Origin: a bacterium | GTDB taxonomy: Bacteria > SM23-31 | Assembly (NCBI GenBank): GCA_965249485.1 | Contig: OZ252239.1 | Coordinates: 1,952,001-2,016,000, forward strand | Direction: 5' to 3' | DNA: 64,000 bases | In this document: piece by piece, positions 21,789 through 32,630 of the stretch | How the letters are laid out: every line of letters begins with the position of its first letter | Numbering within the stretch: position 1 is the first letter of the stretch | Position numbers and translations under genes: made by a program | The notes under the pieces: model-generated | Database searches by the model: none | The model's input: the letters and a program-made list of their open reading frames with translations, nothing else | Told to the model about the DNA's origin: nothing

Positions 21789-24368
21789 TTAAAACGCAAA
21801 TGTCAATCGTGCAAGACCGAGTCTGCCGATTTCCGGTGCTCCGACCATCTCGATATGCTTGTGATCAAACAGATTCTGGACAGATATTGAAAGTTTAGTC
21901 CGAGTCGTTGACGGCAGAAGCACTCCTGCAGTCAGATCGATGGTGCTGTATGCACCTACATTCCCGATAAACACACCCGAATTGACCGGAAAGCTGTCCA
22001 CCCAACGATACCGTATCTGACTGTTAATTCCGGTGCGTGAATCATCATAATTCAGCATCAGACCGACTTTGTTTTTTGGAGCGTTAAAAGCGATATCACT
22101 CGGATCTTCTTCAAAAAAGTCTTTACTAACATACGAATATGAGCCGCTAATATTCCAGCTCGGATTGACATAGTAGGTTAAACCGATATCGGTACCTTAC
22201 AGATCGATATCTCCAAAATTACGGTACGTCAGCATCAGGTCAGCAGGATGCACTGCCTGTTCCGGTTTAATCGTTCCGACAGGAATACCGGCAATTGAAG
22301 CCGCGAGGGCCTGAGCGTTTGCCGTTGGCAAGAAATTGCTCAGGTAAGCAGTCAGACTAACCGGATCATAGAAAACACTTGGTGTCTCGACACGCAGTGG
22401 TCCTATAAAATCTTTTATTTCACTGTAATAGACATCGATGTTTGCCAGAAGCTTTCTACCGAGAATACCCTTGTAGCCAACTTCAAACGTGTTATTTATT
22501 GTCGATTCCATCCGTTTGATATCGGTTACAAAGTCTGGCGTTACGGCATCAAATTGCAGTGTTGTTGTATTCAGGTTTCTTAACACTGTGCTGACGTTAG
22601 CGTCCGTTGGAACAGGAATGCCGGAAATATCGGTTCCCTGTTGTGCAAGTATTCCGACAATGACGGGCCACAGCAGTGTTGCATCAGCAGGTAAAAATGG
22701 TGCAGATTGATCAGGGAGGATAGCCTGCATATAGAGACCGCCAAGGCCATCTGAATCTCTTCCAAAGGTGAAACCTGTTTCCGGAACACCACGTAAATAA
22801 ATATTAAATGGCTGTCCTGGTCCTTCCGGCCGCGTGTTCAAGTCAAGAAACAGGTTGAGAGCGGTTGGTGTGCTGAATGATCTGTTAAAAGTAAACCGGA
22901 AAGTATTTGTAGGAGTAGGTGAGATGACAAGACCAGCCCTTGGAGAGAAAAACGGATCTTCTAATCTGCTGTGATCATCAAGTCTTCCGGCAAGCACTAC
23001 TTTTACTTTTTCGTTGAGTTGAGATTCCGATTGGAGATAGACACCGTATTCATTAATTTCATCATCATCTTCATTAATACCATTAACAGAATTTTCCGTA
23101 TCGGGTCGTGTCCATAGCCCGTCAAAACCGTAGGTAAATGTTTGTATTCCGCTGAATGATGTACTGTGCTGCAGCTGGTACACGTATTGTTTTGATTTAT
23201 CGATTAAGTCGCCTCCATTACGAAGAAGTATTGAATCACCGGCATCACTCATATTAACGAATGCCTGCATAAAAAGTCGTTTATAGCGCATTCTTCCCTG
23301 AACATAACTGTAAATCCAGTTATCTACCTGAGCACCTCCTGCGCCGGTTAGTTCAATGCTTGTAGCACGGTTCAGACCGCCGTTGAGAATAAAAGTCAGG
23401 TCGTTATTAACTCGAAAATCGAGCCGTCCGTCGAAACCAAGTTTCTCAACATCGAAATTACGGGCAACAACTTCAGCAGGATCGACATACTTAAAATCCT
23501 CACCCCGTGAATAGTTTGCGGAAAGTTTATATCCGACTTTGTTTTCATTACTCCCTGCATGGCGGAACGATGCCATGAACAAGCTCCGTTCACCGCCAGA
23601 TATGCTGAGTGATGTTCCTTCGGAACCAAACGGTGATCTTGTAATCATATGGAGGACACCATTTGCACTGTTTGGGCCATACAGAGCCGACCCGGGGCCG
23701 CGAACAATCTCCATACGTTCAATATCTTCATTGGCTGTCGGAATAAAATTATAGGCATTATACCTCAGTGATGGAACGCGTGAAAACCGGTTGTCAACGA
23801 TAGAGAGTAATGAACCGGAAAAAACATTGTTGAATCCTCTTACAACAACATTTGCCTGATTCAATCCCGACTTTACAACATCGACACCCGGTAATCCAAT
23901 GAGATGGTCGATCGGTGTCATGGTTTGCCGATTTTGAATCTGTGCACGTTCAATAACGCTGACAGATGCCGGCGCGTCAAGCATTTTTTCCTGACGTAGT
24001 GAGGCAGTTACAATTATTTGTTCCGCCTCGAACACCCCGGGAACCATTGGAATCTCTATACGTTTTCTTTCTCCCGCGGAAAACGACTCATTCTCAAACA
24101 CAACACTTTCGTACCCAAGATACGAAATAATCACAGTATGGATTTCCGGGGGAATTCCGCCGAGTACAAATTTGCCGGCATTTTTCGTTGAAGTACCCTG
24201 GGTCCGCAAATCACCCTCTGTCGTAAGAACAATGTTTGCTCCCACAAGTGGATTGCCGTTCTCACTATCAGTGACAAATCCTTCAAGAACTGCTGATTGA
24301 GCATATACGAATGATGATAAACATAAAAAAGGAATGATCACTGCAAAAATTTTGATTGATTTGAGCAT
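21789..24368 (-). pseudogene. TonB-dependent receptor with in-frame TAA
   Basis: Carboxypeptidase-regulatory-like N-domain, plug motif IERMEIVRGPGSALYGPNS, barrel ending ...LTFAF. TAA at 22197-22199 (DIDL*GTDIG) is in frame with the remaining C-terminus. Confidence 0.88.
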
Positions 24369-24753
24369 ACCATTCTCCTTTCACGAACAAAAGAGATTAT
24401 TTACTTTCATATTCATATAACTGAATTGCCATTACGCAAGCTGTAAATAATATATTAGACAAATTCCTCAAAAGGAGTAACTATGAATACATAGCAGCGC
24501 TTTCCTAAAATAAAAATAATAGGATTCAGCTTTAAATATATTGTGTGTAAGCAAGGAAATCAATATTTTTCTTTTTTTCTTGGAAAGAATATTTTGTGCA
24601 AATTTTGAAAGTGGGGGAATTCCGGTGCAAATATAAAAACCTGCAATAGAAGTTTCGTAACGAATAGGTATTTTTGAAATTTGAAACAGACACCTGAGAA
24701 ATGTGAGGTATGTGTACTCAAATAGATATTATGAGGACGATGCAAAGATTGAC

Positions 24754-25887
24754 TTAAAATAAATTTGAGAAATGGGTCAAACGTTCCTTATACTGCGTGG
24801 AGCCAAGGAATCCTTCTAAAGCATCTCGGTAGTGAATCAAAAAATCGATAGCTTCGATCTTCAGTTCATGTGGCGATGATTCGTCGACTATAGAAACGTA
24901 GAGCTCATAAATTTCATACACAACAAGATCAATCAATTCAGCATTTTGAATTGTCTGGAGATAAACAAACCATTCGTTTTTTTGCGTGGAAAGATCAGAG
25001 ATTTGTCGAATCGTGTTTTGATATTTGAGGTATACCTCAAAATCATCATCGCTTAACTCATCCTCATTCGGTAATTTTACGGACTCTTGTGTAATAGCGC
25101 CGCCCCTGGAATAACCTGAAGCAAGAGGCAAATTCTTGAGGGCTGATATCGTAATATCACGTGATGGCGGAGTGGTTGTGACACGTGACGCATCCGAAGT
25201 ACTTTGCATACCAGTTGAAACAGCCGGATTGTCGAATGTTTTCGGATTTACTTCTATGCCGGAAATATGCTTGTCTGTTGCAATATGTGTTTTGTTGTCA
25301 TGCTCATCAGCATCGTGAAAAACAATATGCGGCTGTCCTGTTGTATTTTCAGAATCGCCTTCCGGAATGTGCACAACTTCTCTCGGGGCAGTCTCTTCTA
25401 AATCACGCGCTGTTTGACCAGATTGACCTGAAATGTCTTCAGGTTGACCTGTGTTTTCGGAGAATTGCTGTTCCGATAGTTGAGGTGTATCCGGATAGAT
25501 TGCGACATCATAAATCTCTTGAGTGATGAATAAATTGAGTGCAGCAGCAGCACTGACACTAATCGCAATTCGTGCTTTTGTCGATTTAAAAAGTGTACTA
25601 TGCAGAAACCTGATTTTATGTTGATTCCTGACAGTTCGTCTCACTGTCCCTTCGATTTTTGCAGCTATATTTTCGCGTTGCTTAATCCAAAAATCTTTTC
25701 CAGGATCCTGAAACACTTCCGCCTTACCGAAATGATCAATATCACGCAGCTGCTCAAGTTCCATAGCACAGCCGATGCAACTCCGAATATGCTGTTTTAA
25801 CAGACGGTACTCTTCTTCCGGAAGTTCATTGTCAAGATATTTTGACAATTTGTTTTTGTATTGCTCACAAAGGTTTTTCTTATCCAT
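24754..25887 (-). CDS. Zinc-finger (zf-HC2/ZAS) anti-sigma factor
   Basis: C...LSKYLDNEL...HIRSCIGC motif, single hydrophobic segment, directly downstream of the ECF sigma. Confidence 0.85.
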   Translation of the reverse strand: MDKKNLCEQYKNKLSKYLDNELPEEEYRLLKQHIRSCIGCAMELEQLRDIDHFGKAEVFQDPGKDFWIKQRENIAAKIEGTVRRTVRNQHKIRFLHSTLFKSTKARIAISVSAAAALNLFITQEIYDVAIYPDTPQLSEQQFSENTGQPEDISGQSGQTARDLEETAPREVVHIPEGDSENTTGQPHIVFHDADEHDNKTHIATDKHISGIEVNPKTFDNPAVSTGMQSTSDASRVTTTPPSRDITISALKNLPLASGYSRGGAITQESVKLPNEDELSDDDFEVYLKYQNTIRQISDLSTQKNEWFVYLQTIQNAELIDLVVYEIYELYVSIVDESSPHELKIEAIDFLIHYRDALEGFLGSTQYKERLTHFSNLF

Positions 25888-25917
25888 TTCGGATGTCCTG
25901 CTAACTAAGGTAAAAAG

Positions 25918-26580
25918 TTACGATTTATGAATTACTTTCGATTTTTCAAGATATTTCTTTAAGGAATTCCTGGCTCGGTTTAAACGCGACATAACCGTTC
26001 CGAGTGAAATGTCCATCACATCGGCAATTTCTTTATATGATAATTCATCATAAACTCTGAGCACAAAAACCGACCTCATATCGGGAGATAACTGATCAAG
26101 TGCATTCTGTACATGCTCCTGAAATTCTATCTGCTCATATACATGTTCCGTATTCTTTGTATCCGGAGGATTATACTGATCGTCTTCATCACGATGCTCT
26201 CCATAATCCTCACGGTTCTTTTTTTTCTGTATAAGATTTAGTGCTGTATTGACTGCTATCCGGTATATCCATGTGTAAAACCGGTACCGTTCATCAAACC
26301 GCTCAAGATTGCTATATGCTTTGATAAAGGTGTCCTGCACAACATCGTTCGCATCTTCCTTATTGAGTACGATCCTGATAATACTGTAATAAATTTGTTG
26401 TTGGTATCGTACAACAAGCTCATCGAATGCTGTTGAATTCCCCCTTTTTGCACTACGGATTAAATCAATATCCGATTCTTTATCTGAGCTCACATTTGAA
26501 AGTAGAAGTGAAATAAACGTTATGAGCCCGCTTACGCATCCGTACGCCGTAAAAGCGGTATGTTCACTTATCAATACCAT
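25918..26580 (-). CDS. ECF sigma-70 factor (true start possibly GTG at 26493)
   Basis: DVVQDTF, FYTWIYRIAVN, LSYKEIADVMDISLGTVMSRLNRAR. Confidence 0.93.
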   Translation of the reverse strand: MVLISEHTAFTAYGCVSGLITFISLLLSNVSSDKESDIDLIRSAKRGNSTAFDELVVRYQQQIYYSIIRIVLNKEDANDVVQDTFIKAYSNLERFDERYRFYTWIYRIAVNTALNLIQKKKNREDYGEHRDEDDQYNPPDTKNTEHVYEQIEFQEHVQNALDQLSPDMRSVFVLRVYDELSYKEIADVMDISLGTVMSRLNRARNSLKKYLEKSKVIHKS

Positions 26581-26652
26581 TTTCAGATAGTTTTTATTCC
26601 ATATATTTTTACATTATTAGAAAAATTGTGTACGTTCACATTAAATGACGTT

Positions 26653-27264
26653 TTAATTCGGCTTGACACCGATACGAACATTCTCACCCAATATCCACTT
26701 TCTTAGAAAATTAAAACTTCCGTATGTGGATAATGCCGTTACTGCAGTAGCGGCGGCAAAGTCGAGTTTTCTCTTGTCGTTCCATGCCTGAGCTGCAATG
26801 ATTCCCCATATTGCTGTCTGACCTACGGAGCCCAGTGCACTCCATGCTTTGACGGGTGGAGAGAGACCGGTATTCATATCACCATGAGGCCATGCGGTAA
26901 AATAATTCCAGTCAAGGGATACATCATTCTGCAGAATCTGGTCTGATTGCATAGATGAACTTTTGTAGGTGTTATTAAGTGGAAAGTGATAGTCGGTATA
27001 TTTTGAAGCAGTATGATTGTTATAGTATGTTAAGTATTCGTACAGATATTTCGCACTGTTATCAGACAGTGAATTAAAAACCTCCATTGTTACCATAGAG
27101 TCATTTAGAGACTGGCTTGCATCTGAGGTCTGAGGAAATCCCTCTGAGGAGAATGTACAAAAAAGAGTAAAGGTTACACAAAATTGTGCGAATAAGAATC
27201 GATTTCTCTTTTGATAGTCATAGAGGAGGTAGTACGTTATGATCGATGCCCAAGTTTTAATCAT
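26653..27264 (-). CDS. Hypothetical exported/membrane protein (paralog of 27386..27949)
   Basis: N-terminal hydrophobic segment; C-terminal LGSVGQTAIWGIIAAQAW...FAAA...YG shared with the neighbour. Confidence 0.55.
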   Translation of the reverse strand: MIKTWASIITYYLLYDYQKRNRFLFAQFCVTFTLFCTFSSEGFPQTSDASQSLNDSMVTMEVFNSLSDNSAKYLYEYLTYYNNHTASKYTDYHFPLNNTYKSSSMQSDQILQNDVSLDWNYFTAWPHGDMNTGLSPPVKAWSALGSVGQTAIWGIIAAQAWNDKRKLDFAAATAVTALSTYGSFNFLRKWILGENVRIGVKPN

Positions 27265-27385
27265 CGATATTGCTCACCATTTGCTTCCTCCAGTACTATC
27301 CCGTAAACAATTAAGATTTATAATTCTGAAATATTACTAAATACTTAGACGATTTAAAACGGTGAGAAGTTTCTATACATGTCTG

Positions 27386-27949
27386 TTAATGCCAATAATC
27401 CCAAAATTTAATATAGTCTAAGAGACCATATTTTTTTTGAAGTATTATAGCAAGCGCAAAAGAAGAAGCTATAAAATTGGCATTATTACCATTCTCAAAA
27501 GCTTGCACTGCTAAAATCCCCCATGCAGTGGTTTCTCCCAGATCACTTGCAATTTGCATTAATGTTTCAGGTGTGGAGTATCCTGCTCGTGCAAATTCAC
27601 TATTTCTTGCTTCTGTAAACTCTTTCCAATGAATTTGGGAAACTTTATTCGATTGTGTAACTGCTGTGTCTTGCTCTGAATAGTTACTATTGTTAGGATT
27701 TAACTTTTTTGAATAAAAATACTGCAATATCTGAGATTTTTTACTTTGTTGCAGAGCATTAAAGAGTTGTGCAGCATCACTATCAAAAGAGAAATTATTT
27801 TTGCCAATTGAAATTTCAGTTGAATCGATCGATTGGTCCCGATTAGACATATCCTGAGAATACTCTTCGTTTAAATAACCGGTTAGCAACGTTGTATATA
27901 CCAAAGCTGCTATAAAAAAAAGTGCAAGTATTGAGTATTTAGTACTCAT
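27386..27949 (-). CDS. Hypothetical exported/membrane protein (paralog of 26653..27264)
   Basis: N-terminal TM; LGETTAWGILAVQAF...FIASS...KYG. Confidence 0.6.
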   Translation of the reverse strand: MSTKYSILALFFIAALVYTTLLTGYLNEEYSQDMSNRDQSIDSTEISIGKNNFSFDSDAAQLFNALQQSKKSQILQYFYSKKLNPNNSNYSEQDTAVTQSNKVSQIHWKEFTEARNSEFARAGYSTPETLMQIASDLGETTAWGILAVQAFENGNNANFIASSFALAIILQKKYGLLDYIKFWDYWH

Positions 27950-28201
27950 TGTTAAAAATGCCGGTTATTCACTAAATGTCGCAGATTCAATGGTGGTTTG
28001 TATTTTTCTTCACAAAATCACTATTTAGAGTGTTAGACGTACAATACTTGTAAAAAGTTTCTGGAAGAGTATTTTAGTTTTGATGAATAGGTGAGAGCAT
28101 TCACGAATTTGTGTAGAGTTTGAATGAATTTTTTTGTACATTTTATTTTTTTTGAAAATCTGTGGTAATCCCCCGATTCGATTGTTAAATATTGTATCCT
28201 C

Positions 28202-30031
28202 ATGAAACTGAAAGAAATACTTCTGCTAACACCTTTTCGAGGAGCAGGTCCACTCAGCAAACTGCTCGGTCTCGCAGGTTTAGTGGGTCTGATTGCAGGT
28301 CTCGGAGCAATATTATTCTATTGGCTCCTGAATATGAGTCAGTATTTTTTTATGGATTATCTCACTGGGTACCGTCCCATGGGTCCGGCAGGTGAACCGT
28401 CTCTCATTGGCGAATCGGATACGGTATTTAATCCATTTTTATTTTTTATAATTCCGGCAATAGGAGGGCTTTTGAGCGGTTTTCTAGTATACTGGTTAGC
28501 ACCGGAAGCAGAAGGACACGGTACTGATGCTGCAATAGAAACTTTTCACCTGAGGCAGGGTTTAGTCCGGGCACGAACACCTTTCGTTAAAATAATTTCC
28601 TCTGCTCTAACGATTGGCTCGGGAGGTTCGGGTGGAAGAGAAGGGCCGATAGCTCAGATCGGTTCTGGATTCGGATCACTCCTCGGCCAATGGCTCGGAC
28701 TTTCACCACAAGATCGCCGTATTCTTATGATTGCAGGCATGGGAGCCGGAATCGGCGCAATTTTTCATGCGCCTCTGGCAGGAGCACTTTTCGCGAGTGA
28801 AGTGTTGTACAGAGAAACAGAATTCGAATATGAGGTTCTGGTTCCGACGATGATAGCTTCGTCAATCGCCTACGGTGTGTTCAATACACAATTCGGATGG
28901 CAGCCTCTTTTTGAAACACCTGGTTTCCGGTTTGAAAATGCACTTCAATTAATACCTTATACAATTCTGGCAATAGTCGTTGCATTTGCTGCAAAGCTTT
29001 TTATCAAACTTTTTTACTATACTCGTGATAAGTTTGTCGCAATGCCCGGTCCACCCCACATCAAGCCGATGATAGGCGGTCTGTTGGTTGGTGCTGTTGG
29101 GTATTTCATACCACAGGCTGTCGGAACCGGTTACGGAATTCTCCAGCAAGGCCTTGATATACCTGATGGTCCGATGACGCTTCAACTCTTGCTCATTGTT
29201 GCGGTAGCAAAAATGTTCACAACTTCGTTCTCGATTGGTTCCGGAGGGTCCGGGGGTGTTTTTGGTCCGTCAGTAGTTATCGGTGGTGCACTCGGCGGAG
29301 CAGTTGGGATGGTGTTTCTGCTCTATTTCGACCAGTTTGGAATTGCACCGGGAGCATTTGTGATAGTCGGAATGGCAGGTTTCTTTTCTGCGGCAGCGAA
29401 TACGCCTATATCGATGGTTATTATGGTCAGTGAAATGACAGGAAATTACTTCCTGCTCGTGCCTGCTATGTGGGTAAATGTGATAGCATTCTTCCTCAAC
29501 AGAAAGACATCCCTTTACGAAAGTCAATTTCCAACACGTCTTGATTCCCCAGCACATTTTGGAAATTTTATGGAAGAAATTCTCCGCCAGTTGCGTGTGA
29601 AAGATGCTGTCAGTACTCCATTAGAATGGGTTATGCCGAAAGTGCACCGGAATACAACTCTCATTGAACTGCTCGATTTTCTTGCAACAACGGATTCAAA
29701 TATTTTCCCTGTATTGAACGATGAAGACGAACTTATCGGTATGATCGATGCGCGCGAAGTCAGAACGATGTATAGGGACAAAGAAATTGCGCCACTTGTT
29801 ATCGCACAGGATTTTCTACAAAATCCGATTACCGTCACCTATAACGATTCACTTTTTACTGCAATGCGCCTTCAGCATGAAAATAATGTGCGTGATCTGA
29901 TAGTTGTTGATGCCGAAAATCCAAAAAACATTGTCGATATTCTCCGCGGAAGTGATATAGTATCCTCATATGATAAAGAAATTAAGCGGTCTTTACATGA
30001 TATTCGGCGGGATATTAAGAACCTTGGTTAA
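28202..30031 (+). CDS. ClC chloride channel/antiporter with CBS domains
   Basis: APEAEGHGTD, GREGP, F.APLAGALF..E, GGVFGPS, C-terminal CBS pair. Confidence 0.93.
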   Translation: MKLKEILLLTPFRGAGPLSKLLGLAGLVGLIAGLGAILFYWLLNMSQYFFMDYLTGYRPMGPAGEPSLIGESDTVFNPFLFFIIPAIGGLLSGFLVYWLAPEAEGHGTDAAIETFHLRQGLVRARTPFVKIISSALTIGSGGSGGREGPIAQIGSGFGSLLGQWLGLSPQDRRILMIAGMGAGIGAIFHAPLAGALFASEVLYRETEFEYEVLVPTMIASSIAYGVFNTQFGWQPLFETPGFRFENALQLIPYTILAIVVAFAAKLFIKLFYYTRDKFVAMPGPPHIKPMIGGLLVGAVGYFIPQAVGTGYGILQQGLDIPDGPMTLQLLLIVAVAKMFTTSFSIGSGGSGGVFGPSVVIGGALGGAVGMVFLLYFDQFGIAPGAFVIVGMAGFFSAAANTPISMVIMVSEMTGNYFLLVPAMWVNVIAFFLNRKTSLYESQFPTRLDSPAHFGNFMEEILRQLRVKDAVSTPLEWVMPKVHRNTTLIELLDFLATTDSNIFPVLNDEDELIGMIDAREVRTMYRDKEIAPLVIAQDFLQNPITVTYNDSLFTAMRLQHENNVRDLIVVDAENPKNIVDILRGSDIVSSYDKEIKRSLHDIRRDIKNLG

Positions 30032-30389
30032 TTTCAGAAACTTACGGACTGCTTCGATTCATGCTTCGTGCATTACTATTGAATAAACACTCAAATTTAT
30101 TCCTTGTTTATGATATGTCTTTACTGAGATATAGATGTGAAAAATTTGGGGAACTATTTAAATTACCTTTGCGTTAACCCGTGTAAAATATCCCTAGTAG
30201 ATATCTATTAGAGAAGTATTTACTAATTATGCTGTGTTATTTTCCATATTGAGCGCTAATACTACATTAAAAATTAAAAAATCTTTGAATTATTATTAGA
30301 GCAAGTTGTATATTATTATACATTAAGTTCTAGAATTGTATCAAATGTATTCAAAAATCGCATATCCAAACCAATAGAGGAGGAGTGGC

Positions 30390-30995
30390 ATGAAAAAGGT
30401 AATGACTCTTACCATTATTTTATTTCTTGCGTTTGCCATGGTTGCATTTGCAAATGACGGATTGAAATACGAAGTCGGCAAAAAGGTTTCCGATATAAAA
30501 TTGAACGATCATGATGGCAAAGGTTTTAACCTTGAAAAGACCCTTGCAGATGATGGTGTGAAGGGTGTTGTGTTTATATTTGTCTCCGAACAATGTCCGG
30601 TAAGCAGGGCCTGTGACGAACGGTATGTCGAATTGACATCCGAGTTCAAAAAACAGGGTGTGGAATTGATCGGTATTAATTCCAATTATACGGAATCGAT
30701 TGCTGTAATGAAAAAACATGCTGAGAAAAATAGTTATAACTTCCGTATTCTGAAAGATTGGAATAATGTTGTCGCCGACCGTTTCGAAGCGCTTTATACA
30801 CCGCACGCATACTTTATCGGAAAAGACCACACATTGCTTTATAAAGGTAGAATTGATGATAATCATCGTAATGCCGGCAAAGTCAATGAAAGAACCCTTG
30901 CAAATGCAGTGAGTGCATATGTTGGCGGAGATAAAATTGCTGTTACTGAAACGATGTCAAACGGATGTGAGATTAAACGAGTTGATTCTCAGTAA
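30390..30995 (+). CDS. Exported redoxin/thioredoxin-family protein (AhpC/TSA-like)
   Basis: Signal peptide, CPVS, GINSN, TPHAY, YKGRIDD, GCEIK. Confidence 0.85.
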   Translation: MKKVMTLTIILFLAFAMVAFANDGLKYEVGKKVSDIKLNDHDGKGFNLEKTLADDGVKGVVFIFVSEQCPVSRACDERYVELTSEFKKQGVELIGINSNYTESIAVMKKHAEKNSYNFRILKDWNNVVADRFEALYTPHAYFIGKDHTLLYKGRIDDNHRNAGKVNERTLANAVSAYVGGDKIAVTETMSNGCEIKRVDSQ

Positions 30996-31010
30996 AGTTG
31001 AATTTTATGT

Positions 31011-31044
31011 AAAGAGCCCGCACTTATTGTGGGCTCTTTTTTTT
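31011..31044 (+). terminator. Intrinsic terminator
   Basis: AAAGAGCCCGCA-loop-TGTGGGCTCTTTTTTTT. Confidence 0.8.
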
Positions 31045-31055
31045 GGGAAACCTGA

Positions 31056-31571
31056 ATGCATACTATGAAATTATTTATGTTTTTATGTTTTTTGGTAGTG
31101 GTTGGATGTGGAACGCAGACATCTACTGTTGATGGTGACATTAATGTAGTTGTCGCAGATGCTGAAATTGTTAACAAGTCAATTGCAGATAAAAAAGGAA
31201 AAGTCATCCTCGTAAATTTCTGGGCAACCTGGTGTGAACCATGTGTAGAAGAGTTTCCCGATATGGTCATGCTCTATAATAAATATAAAGAGAGCGGGCT
31301 TGATGTCATTACCATTTCATACGATTTTGAAGACCAGATCGGGTCTCATGTTATTCCATATCTGAAAAAAGAAAACGCAGATTTTACGAACCTTATTCAG
31401 GGAGAAGATGTTGTTGATCAGGAATTTATGCAAGGTATCGATGGCGGCCTGAAAGGTGTTCTTCCTACAACCTTATTGTATGACCGGAATGGTACAAGGC
31501 AGCATCTGATTCTCGGAAAATTCAACACATTGGATCTCGAGGAAAAGATTATTTCATTGCTTGATGAATGA
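31056..31571 (+). CDS. TlpA-family disulfide reductase lipoprotein
   Basis: Lipobox VVGC, VNFWATWCEPC, LPTT. Confidence 0.9.
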   Translation: MHTMKLFMFLCFLVVVGCGTQTSTVDGDINVVVADAEIVNKSIADKKGKVILVNFWATWCEPCVEEFPDMVMLYNKYKESGLDVITISYDFEDQIGSHVIPYLKKENADFTNLIQGEDVVDQEFMQGIDGGLKGVLPTTLLYDRNGTRQHLILGKFNTLDLEEKIISLLDE

Positions 31572-31606
31572 GAATTAACATTGAGTAAATAAGTTCTGAA
31601 TTTAGT

Positions 31607-31639
31607 AATACCGGCTCCTACAGGGTCGGTATTTTTTTT
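31607..31639 (+). terminator. Intrinsic terminator
   Basis: AATACCGGCTC...GGGTCGGTATT followed by a T-run. Confidence 0.75.
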
Positions 31640-31709
31640 GTGTCGTGATACAATTAGATGCAGTATATTATTGACTCAAAGATTCCAATTTTAATACAAT
31701 TACTAATCA

Positions 31710-32429
31710 ATGGAGTTCCAAATTGTGAATAATATAAAAATTGCTCTTGTTACAGGTGGTAATAAGGGAATAGGATTAGAGATTTGCAGGCAGCTTGCTC
31801 AACGGGATATCACTGTGATTCTCACTGCCCGGAGCCATGAAAAAGGTTTTCAGGTTTGTGAATCTCTCAAAAAAGAAAGAATCTACGTCGAGTTCAGACA
31901 GCTCGATGTAACAGCATTCGATTCGTTTCACGGTTTTGCAGAATCATTACGCACAGATTTTGGCCGTCTCGATATTTTAATCAATAATTCCCGAATTCTG
32001 ATTGACCAAGAACTTACCGGTCTGACTGTCACGAAAGAAATATTTACGAAAACATTGGAAACAAATTTATATGGCCCCTTGTTTTTATGTCAGGTCGTTA
32101 TTCCGCTCATGAAACAAAATAATTTCGGCCGAATTGTGAATTTGTCAAGCGATTTAGGTGCTTTGCATAAAATAGGAGCCGGATATCCAGCTTACCGGGT
32201 TTCAAAAACTGCCCTGAACGCGGTTACTGCTAACTTAGCAGCTGAGGTCATGGAGCACAATATATTGATTAACGCCGTCCATCCGGGTTGGGTTCGGACA
32301 GACATGGGCGGTCAGAATGCTGAGCGTTCTATAGAAGAAGGCGCCGATACTGCGGTATGGCTCGCTCTATTACAGGATGATGGTCCGACAGGAGGGTTCT
32401 TTTGGGAAAAAAAGCAGTTTCAGTGGTAA
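31710..32429 (+). CDS. SDR-family oxidoreductase (carbonyl reductase-like)
   Basis: TGGNKGIG, YRVSK, VHPGWVRTDMGG; the usual NNAG appears as NNSR. Confidence 0.9.
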   Translation: MEFQIVNNIKIALVTGGNKGIGLEICRQLAQRDITVILTARSHEKGFQVCESLKKERIYVEFRQLDVTAFDSFHGFAESLRTDFGRLDILINNSRILIDQELTGLTVTKEIFTKTLETNLYGPLFLCQVVIPLMKQNNFGRIVNLSSDLGALHKIGAGYPAYRVSKTALNAVTANLAAEVMEHNILINAVHPGWVRTDMGGQNAERSIEEGADTAVWLALLQDDGPTGGFFWEKKQFQW

Positions 32430-32630
32430 TGTATATAGATTAAAAAGTGGTACATTATCTATAAATATTTCTTATATTGTAGCAGTTATAAAGAATTTCA
32501 GGCTGCACTGGAAATTACATATCCTATACAGTAAAACTATTGCAGTTTCCTCAATTTTTGTGTATCTGCGCAGGTACTCCCGTCATGCAAATCTATAGCT
32601 ATTTACATTATTTTTATATACGAGGTAGAT

